Origin: Flaccisagitta enflata
Taxonomy: Eukaryota
DNA length: 64,000 nucleotides
Direction of reading: 5' to 3'
NCBI GenBank assembly: GCA_965153355.1
Contig: OZ231126.1
Coordinates: 22,506,001-22,570,000 of the forward strand
The notes below the pieces were generated by a model. That model was not told the origin of the DNA, did no database searches, and saw only the letters and a list, made by a program, of their open reading frames with translations. Below, one piece after another: positions 42,631-58,697 of this stretch (position 1 is its first letter; every line of letters starts with the position of its first letter). The position numbers and the translations under genes are program-made.

Positions 42631-45036
42631 AAATCCAAATCATTTTTTGTCCCGCGGCCGCTTCCACAGAAACAGACAGAAGTAAAAATCATTAACTTCT
42701 CGTCTATCCAGCTCACCCCTGCTATGGAAAAACTGTTACTACGTGGCCTCAAATTTTGTCCAACACCCAAATACGCTAACATACCTCAACTTCAGACTGA
42801 TATCAAGATATTTGCACGAGCGTTAAGATTGCGTGAATTTCATCTAGACACTAACAATGATGACAATAGTCTTGTTAAGAATCCCAGCAATTGGATACCA
42901 GCCGAGAATCGAGATAAACAATTAGAAGATTGCATTCGTCGCCTTAATCGCCTTAGTGATAGTTTGGAAGACGAATCGACTCTCTCACCTTCGCCGAATC
43001 TCTCAAAACCCGAATTGACTGCTCTAGGTCAATTGATCGCCATGGTAAAAGAAAAGACGATCTGGATAACAGAGTCGGATAAGGGAGGTCTCATCTGCAT
43101 TTTTGACCACTCATTCATCGCAAATTATGGTCAAAGAATGCTTTCAGATTCTACCATCTATCAACGCGTCCCCCAACAATGTGGCGAAATGGCAACAAAG
43201 GCAATCACTAATCTCATCAACCGGCATCCAAATGTTTGTACGAAAAAAGAGAAGGAATATTTGGTCAAATATGAAACTAAGGACGCCAATCTTTACTTCC
43301 TTCCAAAGCCGCTGAAAAACAAAACTGTGATTGAAGCAAAAAACAAGAGTAAAGGAGCCGTTCTTACGATGCCACCTCCAGATGACCTGGATTTCCGCGG
43401 GATCATTGGAGGTCCTACCAGCGCCACATCTCACTTGAGTCACTTAATCGACCTCATCCTCCAGCCAACTCTACCGCATATTCCTGGCAACTTGAAGGAT
43501 TCGTTTGATGTGATTCGTCATATTGACAACTCATGGCGCCCCATGGTGGAGAATGGTGGATCCTTTTCGCTCTACACTTGGGACATAAAATCCTTCTATC
43601 CTTCTATCTCATTTGATTTATTGAGAGAATCTCTCGCGTTTTGGCTCTCGGAATTATCAGCCTACATCAATCCACGCTTCACCCATCAATTCTTAATCGA
43701 AGCCGTCGAAATCATTGCGTCGTTCAACCACTGCGTCTTTGATGACCAATATTTCAAATTTGTCAAAGGTTTGGCGACGGGAACAAACGCGGCTGTTTGT
43801 CTTGCTGTAATGGTGCGAGGCTTTCTACTCCACAAAATTTGTCGACGATTGGAGGAAGAAGGACATCAACAAATCGCCAATTACACACAAGGAAACTTAA
43901 AAGCGTTTATCGACGACAATGTTTGCCTCTGGAACAATGATCTTGGCTCCATCGACGTTATCAATCAACAGTTTCAAAGAATAAAGAACGAATATGGAGT
44001 GGAGTTCATCATGGTGGAATCAGAAGAAAATCGTCTTCCAAATGGAGCGACAGCAGCGACCCAATATTTTCTCGATTTGACGATTCATCTCACGCCTAAC
44101 ACAATCATCGTCGATCAATTTGACAAATCGTGTCATAACTTTGTGCCTTGGAACAGCTGCCATCCACACAATACGAAGAAAAACATACCGTATGCGTTGG
44201 CGCTAAGGATCCGGACATTGTGCGACGATGAAAGAGACCAAAAACGCCGTATGGAATCTCTAACTGGTCATTTGCGCGCCCTCAACTATCCTGATTCCAT
44301 TATAAACGACGCCGTTGAAAAGGCGATGGCGAGAAATCAGACGGAGCTACGACAAGAGAAACCGGATGAATTGAAAAACGATGTCTTGCCATTTGTACAT
44401 ACTTTTAATCCGAGGCATCGCCCAATCTTCCCTCGCATCTTAAAAGCCCTGGACATTCTAAACGAAAGCCCTCGCATGAAGAAAATTATGGACAACGTTA
44501 CCGTGGTGCCATCCAAACGACAACCGCCAAATCTCAAATCTCTCTTGACTAAATCGAATTTTTCTCAAACGGAGAAAAAAGGCGAAATCAAGAAATGCGG
44601 AAAAGACTGCGCTACCTGTCCATTCATGATTGAGGGTGAACTCTTACAAATGGAAAATGGCGAGATTTTCCACATTCGGGACAGTCTTACGTGCCAAACG
44701 AAAAACGTCATCTATGTGATGTTTTGCAACGGATGCGATGCGACATACATCGGAGAAACCGGTCAACATTTCAACAAACGTCTGAGTTCACACCGGACTG
44801 GCATAAACAGAAGTGAGCACCGGAAGTTGCAAGTCAGCGACCATATCTACCGATGTCCTGGAACTCAAAACTTGACAATCAAATTCAAAGCGGCTCCGTT
44901 TTTCAAGATGCCTCTTAACTGTTCAAGAATTGAGAGAGAATTCAAAGAGGCATTTTTTCAAAAAAAATTTTTTCCTTCCCTTCACCCTGGTCCTATCTCG
45001 AATGCCAGTGACAATGATTCTGATGAAGAAGAATAA
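42550..45036 (+). CDS. PLE reverse transcriptase + GIY-YIG endonuclease (828-aa open frame; true start uncertain)
   Basis: IINFS…GLKFCPTP N-terminal motif, SDKGG, DIKSFYPSI, GLATGT, catalytic FIDD, SCHPHNTKKNIPY thumb, CGKDCATC linker, NVIYVMFCNGCDATYIGETG nuclease. Confidence 0.93.
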
Positions 45037-45252
45037 TATGGTCATTTCTTTTTGACCACCCGCCTCTCCTTCCTCTCATGCCCTTTTTCGCGCCTTTCTA
45101 TTCATGTACTATTGTGTGATTTTTGACCACACACATTTTCGATGTTCAAACCCTATAAATACCTTGATTCTCTGTATATCATTTAAAGCCTGATGATGCT
45201 TAATGCAGAAACACGACGTGTAGCTTTTAAAGCCGACTTAACATTTTCTAAT
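42552..45252 (+). mobile_element. Penelope-like retroelement (C-terminal GIY-YIG, Cys-rich linker, Neptune-like), probably 5'-truncated, antisense in the DNMT3 intron
   Basis: RT-EN ORF; 3' region with a TATA-like ctataaa (~45153) and a hammerhead motif; (GAAT)n on both sides. Confidence 0.9.
45185..45227 (+). ncRNA. Minimal type I hammerhead ribozyme in the PLE 3' region/pLTR
   Basis: Stem I aaagc/gcttt; core CTGATGA (45190-45196); stem II tgc-ttaat-gca; GAAA (45208-45211); stem III cac-gac-gtg; GTA cleavage triplet ending at 45222. Confidence 0.85.
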
Positions 45253-47681
45253 TGAATGAATGAATAAACTATCAAATGAATGAATCAATGTGTGAATGAA
45301 TTTTGTTTTTTTTTCAGCCAGTCTTGTCTTTTGAAACTCTGTTTTGCAGGTTGCCCGCCCTTGTCTTCTACATTACTGCCCCTACCCCGTACCCTGCCCG
45401 GCCCTTCATGTCGACAAATTGTTGTTCAAGTATTCTTTGAATTTGCTTTCTTTATCAGTTCACGCCAAACCTATATTAGTGCAGCCGTGGTGATGGTATG
45501 TTAACTATGTTGGACAAGGAGTCTCATTGCTTCAGTTGATATATTTCTCTTGCGATAATCGTCAAATTGACACTGAATTTAAAACGATTTCATTACTCTG
45601 AAATATGACATGCAACATTCTAACATTTGTGAGAGAGAACAGGTATTCGTTGGCAAGCAAAAGGACAATCTGGACGGGGTTGCCGTCCCTACACCCTATA
45701 TACAGCAATGTTTCTAAACTATAACAGAGAGAAAAATGACACAAATGTGAGAGTTTGTAGGCGCTTTATGAAGTGCGGAGATCATTTTCGAAAAAAATGT
45801 GTTCTTTTTCCTTTGTCCCAATTTTCAAGGGTTTATCAGTCTTACCATAGAAGACCATACTCAGATATAATGTGACGGATAATGCAGTTGCAGACTTATC
45901 CAATATACACATTTTGACTCAGAATCGGTTATCCCAGGCTTTGATGTTGGGTAACCATTTTTAGTCGCGTGCTAAGCGACTCTACACCCCGCTATGTCGG
46001 TCCGTCGGTCGGTCGGTCGGTCGGTCGGTCGGTCGGTTGGTTGGTTGGTCGGTCGGTCGGTCCCCTTTTTACTTTTTTGGCGTTTTTGAGCTTTTTGAGC
46101 ATACGGCTCCTGCCCAGATGCCCTGGTGACCTTCTCCACCACTGCTCCTGCCCACCCGCACGCAACTGGGGTAGCCGTGTATCCGGCCTTGTTCATTATC
46201 AAGTTGCTTCCGGGTATAAATTGTTAGATCTGCCTGTGTCTTGTGATTGGGGACCTTGGATCCTTTTCCTTTGGTTATTTTACTCGGCACTGAGTTGAGA
46301 ACCATCGATGACGATCATTAACGATGATTTTTAGTAGCGTGCTACGCGACTCTACACCCCGCTATGTCGGTCCGTCGGTTGGTCGGTTGGTCGGTTGGTC
46401 CCCTTTTTACTTTTTTGGTGTTTTTAAGCTTTTTGAGCATACGGCTCCTGCTCAGATGCTCGACAATGATGTTAACGAACACAGACAAACACAGATAAGA
46501 ATCTAAACAAAAAAACGCAATGACCCGGGAAAATGTTTGCGTTCACTCTCCATTTCCTTTCCTTCCGATGGAAAACTAGTTTTCGATCAGTTTATTATAT
46601 AGATCTCGATCAGAACCCATATTTGATAATTGTTTCACGTCATAGTGCAGTTTGGTCATTGAGAGTCCTTTCTCATATCAAAACATATCTACCGAAACAA
46701 TCCGTCGAGACAAATTTGTTGATGGACAAAGATTCTATGAGACAAAAAATTACTAGATATTCTCGACCCTACTTCTCAAGGCTAGGTTTGGGCTTTGAGG
46801 TTGGGATTTGGACCTCGGAGGGTGGGGGGGGGGTGAAGAGGGAGAAGAAAGAGGAGGAGATATTTCTGCATGTATGAAAACATAGGTCATCGATCCCTTC
46901 GGGGCCGCTGCCCTAAAACAAGAGGTAGAGGGGGAAAAAGATGAAGAGGAGAACAAGGCCGGATACACGGCCACCAGTTGCGGACGGGTGGGCAGGAGCG
47001 GAAATGCGCGTTTTGACACTTTTTGACTCGTGCTCACCAACGGACCGACGGACCGACGGACCGACGGACCGACGGACGGACGGACGGACGGACGGACGGA
47101 CGGACGGACGGACGGACGGACGGACAAAGCCTCTTATAGAGTTGCGTGTCCGCAACTAAAAATAGACAAAGAATGAGAAGAAAAAGAGGGAGAAGGAGAA
47201 GAAGAAGAAGAAGAAGAAGAAGAAGAAGAAGAAGAAGAAGAAGAAGAAGAAGAAGAAGAAGAAGAAGAAAGAAAAGAAAAAGAAGAAGAAACTCAGACTC
47301 ATTTTTGAAATTGGATGATCACGAAGCAGTTCATGCGCCGTGTTCCATTTTAACAATGGGACTACATTGGTAATTTTCTTCGCCGTTAATTCACTTTCTC
47401 TTTCTTCGTCATTCCCTCGACATTCACTCGCCATTCACCCGCTATCCATTCTTCCTTCAAAGAACTGAGAATTTTCAATAAAATATGACGAATCAACACT
47501 GAAGTTTCCCGCCCTCGCCCTAAAATTGCTCTGGTTCTTCTCTTTTCTCTCCTCTTCTCCCTTTTCTCTTCCAGTCGCCCTGTTCATCAGCGTAGCTGGC
47601 ATTCATCCGCTTCCATTCATAGCTGTGCTATTCGACCTCGAGAAAAAGTAGCTAATCACCAGTCAGGCTACGCATTTGACT

Positions 47682-47891
<210 letters not shown>

Positions 47892-47964
47892 GAAAGAAAC
47901 TCCATAAGAGACAGAGACAAAGAGACAGAGACACCGAGACACCGAGAGACCGAGAGACCGAGAG

Positions 47965-48017
<53 letters not shown>

Positions 48018-48087
48018 GAGACACACACACAGAGAGACAGAGAGACAGAGAGACAGAGAGACAGAAAGACAGAGAGACCGAGACAGA

Positions 48088-48179
<92 letters not shown>

Positions 48180-48719
48180 AGAAAATTTCCCCATTTGGTA
48201 TCCAGGGCCGCTGCCCAAAAGAAGTAATGAATGGGAGGGAGGGCGGTGGAGAAGAAGGTGAAATAGCGGAATATTCCCTACATATAAGTGGAAGCTCCCC
48301 AAAACTAGTTAGACTTCTGATCCTCTCTGCCAATTGTCTTCATTTGGTTATTTCACGTGACTTTACGGTGCACTACTGTGCCGAGATTGCAGGATCAGCC
48401 CGCGGCCTGCCTCGCCAATGTTCGCAGCAAGCGCGCCCAGATCGTATTTCATCAATGCCGAATGCAAATTATTTTTATATTTCATTATGAAGAATAGTGT
48501 CCGTTTTCATCATTAAGATGTTTCCTTTTGGTCTCAAAAGAGTGAGGACAAAATCTCTCAGGAATCTTCTCACAGCTAGTGTAACTGGTTCATGACGCTT
48601 ACTGCTAAATTTAGCTATATTCAAATGTTCTCAGGTCAAAGTAAATGAAAAACTTTTGTTTACAACAATATGCAAATAAGGCTGATTTACTGTCGGTAAT
48701 ATATCCTTCGCACGCATAC

Positions 48720-53695
<4,976 letters not shown>

Positions 53696-54214
53696 CTGCA
53701 TGAATATAAGAGAGAAAAAAAATATGAAGAGATTTAGAAAAGAAATTCATATTTTCCATATTTTCTATGGGATAGAATGATTATTTTATGTTGACTTTTG
53801 CTCGTGAATACAATACTGCTAAACCGGGCTACAGCGAATCGGCTTTTTGTGTCCATCATTAATGTCAAACTTTAAATAGAACCAACTGACATGGGAATTT
53901 GATCACTCAAACGATACTTTTTCATTTCAAAGGTATCTCAGAAAATGCAAAATGCAAGTCTCCATCGTAAGGTTTGTAACGCAAAAATGCATTTATTCAT
54001 TCATTAACTACCATTGCTTCTATCATTTTTTCACCAATGCCACCAATCATACCATCAGTTCTTCGATCGATAGATCACAAAAAGATAACAGACAAAAAAA
54101 AACAGACCAATAATCAATTTGTTAACCACTTAACCTATCAACTCTCTGACCAATTGAAGAATCAATCTATCAGTAACTGTAAGCCAATAATTCAACCAAT
54201 CCGTTCATCAATAG

Positions 54215-54310
<96 letters not shown>

Positions 54311-54763
54311 GTTTGATCCATCGATCAAGAAATAGCTTCAAGCATCAATCAGTCTAACGATGCATCAATCAATCCAACAATTAGCCTTTCATATTTTGAA
54401 TCAGCGCAAGTATGCCTAAATGTAGGAACTTTAATCAGACACCTCTTCAGAAAACAAAGAGAAATGCAATGCTTTCTTTAACAAGGCGGGATACACGGCT
54501 ACCCTAGTCGCGTGCAGGTTGGCAGGAGCGGTGCTGGAGAAAGTCACTAGGGCATCTGGGCAAGAGCCGTATGCTCAAAAAGCTCAAAAACGCCGACAAA
54601 GAAAATAGGGGACCGACCGACCGACCAACCGACCGACCGACCAACCGACCGACTGACCGACCAACCGACCGACCGACATAGCGGGGTATAGAGTCGCATA
54701 GCACGCGACTAAAAAAGATCTCGGCTTTATCATTAGATAAGCAAACACACATACGATACTTAC

Positions 54764-54848
54764 CATCGTATGATTCATTTTCATCGTCGGACTCTTGATC
54801 TGAAAGCATGATGACATCACAGTCTTCATCATTGTCAATTGCAGACAT
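54764..54848 (-). CDS. DNMT3: DNMT3-family methyltransferase, predicted first coding exon (MSAIDNDEDCDVIMLSDQESDDENESYD)
   Basis: caaaATG context, in-frame TAA at 54857-54855, GTAAGT donor at 54763 in phase 1 matching the next exon, and the same acidic composition. Confidence 0.7.
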
Positions 54849-55767
54849 TTTGTATTAAATTTCTATTTCTATTTCGTATGAGTCGAAGAAAATGATGTTT
54901 TTATTGATTATAATTGTACTGGAGAAAAATTGTTAGATTGGAGATTTGTACCTTGACTAGTATGAGTAAAATCAGTTGATATTTGATGAGTTTGGTTCTT
55001 TTCCGCAGTTCAATAATGAGTGACTAGTAAGACTTTCATGCACCTTGTAGTTCGTCGTTATCGTCGTCAGCATCGTCGTCAGCATCGTCGGTTTTCCTCG
55101 CTTTTGTTCTCACCATGCACCTTGTTGTTGGCTATTATCGTCATCTTCATCGTCGTCTTTGTGACCTTTTGTTCACACCTATGTGGCCTTGAGGCATGCA
55201 TCTAGTAGTAGGGCGTTATCGTCATCTTTATCGTCGTTATCGCCGACGGTTTTCGTTACTTTTTGCTCTCACCCATGTGGTCTTGAGCTTTGAGCCCGTT
55301 CCTGGTTGACTTTAAGGAGAGAGTACACAAATTCGAAGACAACTGAAGCCCGACTCGAGCAGCAACGCCCTCTCTGGTTACATTTTTTTTTATTGCATCT
55401 AAGTCTCCTTTGATTTTGCTAGTATCATTTTGGCCAGATGCATGTGAGTCATAACTAATAACATTTGTTATGCCGATTGATCCGTCTATCACACGGGGTG
55501 TTTTCAACAAACACTGCTCTCAACTCCTAACCAACGGCAGAGTCAAATTGGACATCGCCCCACCTTTGATTCACAGTAAAGAGAGATTTTTTTAGGTGTC
55601 AGGAATTTAATCATATTGATTAGGAGCGTCTGTGAGTGACCCAGACGTCCAAAGTGAGACATGGCGCCTTTCTTCATATTGCATTCCCATTGCGCATGTT
55701 TTGATTATGGTCCCATTTCTTCTCGATGTTCTTATTCTCTCTTTTCATCTGATATTTGTTTCTTCCA

Positions 55768-55769
<2 letters not shown>

Positions 55770-55824
<55 letters not shown>

Positions 55825-55969
55825 TCTTCGTCCGTCATTTTCTTTTCTTTCTTGCTTTTCTTTTGTTTTTACTTGTTTTTTTCTTGTGTTTTTCTTTTCT
55901 TCCTGCCTATCTTTTTTGTCCTTTTCTTTCTGTCTTTCTGTTGTTCTTTTTCTGTCTTTCTTTCTTTCT

Positions 55970-56001
<32 letters not shown>

Positions 56002-56018
56002 TGATTCTTTCTTTTTTC

Positions 56019-56055
<37 letters not shown>

Positions 56056-56314
56056 TTTCTTTCTTCTTTCTTTTTCTTTCTTTCTTCTCTCTTTCTTTCT
56101 TCTTTCTTTCTTTGTTTCTTTGTTTCTTTGTTTCTTTTGTTTTTGTTTCTTTGTTTTTGTTCTTTGTTTCTTTGTTTCTTTGTTTCTTTGTTTTTGTTTT
56201 TGTTTTTATTTCTTCGTTTCTTCGTTTCTTCGTTTCTTCGTTTCTTTGTTTCTTTGTTTCCTTGTTTCCTTGTTTCCTTGTTTCCTTGTTTCTTTGTTTC
56301 TTTCTATCTTTGTT

Positions 56315-56358
<44 letters not shown>

Positions 56359-56507
56359 TTCATCTTCCTTTCTGTTCTAAGGGCTATCTTTTCACCCTTT
56401 TTTCTTTTCTTTTTCGTGTTTTTTCTTTCTTCCCGTCTTTCTTTTTTTCTTTTTTTCTGTCTTTCCGTCTTTCTGTCTTTCTTTCTATCTTTCTTTCTTT
56501 CTTTAAT

Positions 56508-56583
<76 letters not shown>

Positions 56584-56990
56584 TCCTTCTTTCTTTCTTT
56601 CTTTCAGTGTTTCTTTTTTGTTTTTTTTTTGTTATTTTCTTTCTCTTTGTTTCTTTGTTTCTTTGTTTTTTGTTTCTTTATTTCTTTGTTTCTTTGTTTC
56701 TTTGTTTCTTTGTTTCTTTGTTTCTTTGTTTCTTTGTTTCTTTGTTTCGTTGTTTCGTTGTTTCGTTGTTTCGTTGTTTCGTTGTTTCTTGGTTTCTTTG
56801 TTTCTTTGTTTCTTTCTATTATCTTTCTTTCTTTCTTTCTAGTTTTCTTTCTTCCTTTCTTTCTTTCTTTTTTTCTTTCTTTTTTCTTTCTTTCTTTCTT
56901 TCTTTCTTTCTTTCCTTCTTTCTTTCTTTCTTTCTATCTTTTCATCTTCCTTTCTATTCTAAGGGCTATCTTTTCACCCTTTTTTCACGT
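55770..56990. repeat. ~1.2-kb T/pyrimidine-rich low-complexity tract with an internal ~580-bp-period duplication
   Basis: (TTTC)n and (TTTGTTTC)n; the unique marker ttcatcttcctttct.ttctaagggctatcttttcaccc occurs at ~56360 and ~56941. Confidence 0.9.
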
Positions 56991-57029
56991 GTTCTGTGCT
57001 CTGCCTTTCCAATTCAGTCTCATGCCATA

Positions 57030-57160
57030 AATCTACGTCACTTCCGGTTCGCGGGAGAATTTCAATGAATGTTTTGCTTCTCCGCTCGTGCGTGCAAGTC
57101 AGCTTGTGCATCTGCATGCGCAGTGTGAATGTGCGTGCTGGCATGCGCATGCGTGAAAGT
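57030..57160. promoter_or_regulatory. Candidate bidirectional promoter between DNMT3 and the ZNF gene
   Basis: Minus-strand CCGGAAGTGACGTA (ETS-CRE composite, 57047-57034), adjacent E2F-like TTCGCGGGA, and NRF1-like TGCATGCGCA (57113-57122) and GCATGCGCATGCG (57141-57153). Locally CpG-rich unique sequence. Confidence 0.55.
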
Positions 57161-58140
57161 CGAACAAAGAACGACCGGATCTTGGGACGGTACTCTGGTT
57201 GTATCATGCTGGCACACAGAGATGCCAATTTTGCTAGGCTGCCGCGTAGCAAGAGAAATTCAGCACAAGCTGCCGCATTTTTCACAAGCTCGCACTTTGG
57301 CTCTGTACCATGCGTTAGTCGTTCCCTCCCCCTATTTATCTGAAGTGTTCAATTACCCTTGCCAGAGTTTCAACAAAACCCGATCTGATATCAACACAGC
57401 AAATTATGTAATTGAGCCGCACATGCACTCAGGCACAAACGTAAACGCAAACCACACCGCGTGCACCCGACTTGTTAGAGCTGCGTTTTAACGTATTCCA
57501 CCAGTTCATAGTAATTCTTAGACACTAAACATCCCTTTGCTCAAAACGCAATTGTGTTTTACTGTCAACTTTTCTTAGATAGAATCGCTATTTCGAATTG
57601 TCATTACGAAATCATCGGGCTTTTACTCAGCCATAAAAATGAAGAACTGTTTGACATTGAGAACGACTTCAATTTTGGTTTTAATAACTTAAAAAGGGGT
57701 GTATAGAACTTTTAACTGCAATATGCAAATGAGCATTTCATCCACCGAGAACAGCAGAGCAGCAAGCAGTTGCGCGAAATCGATAATCTGGCATTCGATT
57801 CTTTTCTCCCTACATTCCTTCAATCCTCCCCCTTGATTCCCACCTAACCGTCCCTCTCCTTCTCTCCCCCCCCCCCCCAGGCCACATCTACCGCGCTTGG
57901 GCGCTGCTTCTGCCGCTTAGCATCATTTCCATGCTACACAGAATCGGCACCTCTGCTGGTACAAAGCTTCACGCGACGGATCGCTTTTTTTCATAACTTC
58001 CATGATTTAGATGAATATATGTATATGGCCAGCATAGGAAACATATAGAAAGAGGGGCAGAGAGAAAGAAAGTCAGATAGACAGACAGACAGAGAGGTAG
58101 AAAAACGGAAATACAGAGAGACAGAGACAGAGACAGAGAC

Positions 58141-58179
<39 letters not shown>

Positions 58180-58697
58180 TACACACAGAAAGATAGGCAG
58201 GATGACAAAAAGACAAAAGTAAAAAAAGGCACTTTCGCCTCTCTCCTCTCTATCTGCATTTTCGTCCATAATTCGATCGGAGGCAGAAAGGATATCAAAC
58301 ACAAATGAAGTCACATGATCTGAGTCGAGTTAGGACTCTGTATCTTTGGTTGATTCGCCTAACGACTAGTCAAGTTTCGACTCTAATCCCATTTTCCCTC
58401 ATTTGTATACCGATATGTTTTCCTTTCAATATCCTTCCAATAAATCCCATTTTCTCTCTTTCCTTTAACCCATTGCCATTGATGCTTTTCTCTCGACTTT
58501 TCTCAATCAAGAATTTATCGTGATAAAAGGAATTCGCATGATCGCAAAAGGTCACACGTCTCGGAAAAAAAACTTTCCCAAATACAAGCTCACTCTTTAC
58601 TGAAAAAAAAACCATTACTAATTACAATCGACACTAAACTTTGAGAGAAAAGAATTCACTTGTGTCTGTTTTTTTTTTCTTTTTTTGGTTCAAAAGT

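Noticed and set aside
45349-45500. Possible + strand exon (ttttgcag…gtatgt) after the PLE
   Set aside because: No frame gives a recognisable protein and it is not a homeobox.
48340-48450. CpG-rich patch with CACGTG and CCAAT motifs in the DNMT3 intron
   Set aside because: Could be regulatory, but short motifs alone are insufficient and no linked exon was found.
53696-53759. ATG at 53759 (MENMNFFSK…) as the DNMT3 start
   Set aside because: The stretch is a polypyrimidine tract/acceptor, and a phase-matched upstream exon with GTAAGT exists. Not fully excluded as an alternative start.
55632-57068. 478-aa Phe/Leu/Ser-rich ORF resembling a membrane protein
   Set aside because: A-poor low-complexity DNA lacks stop codons by composition.
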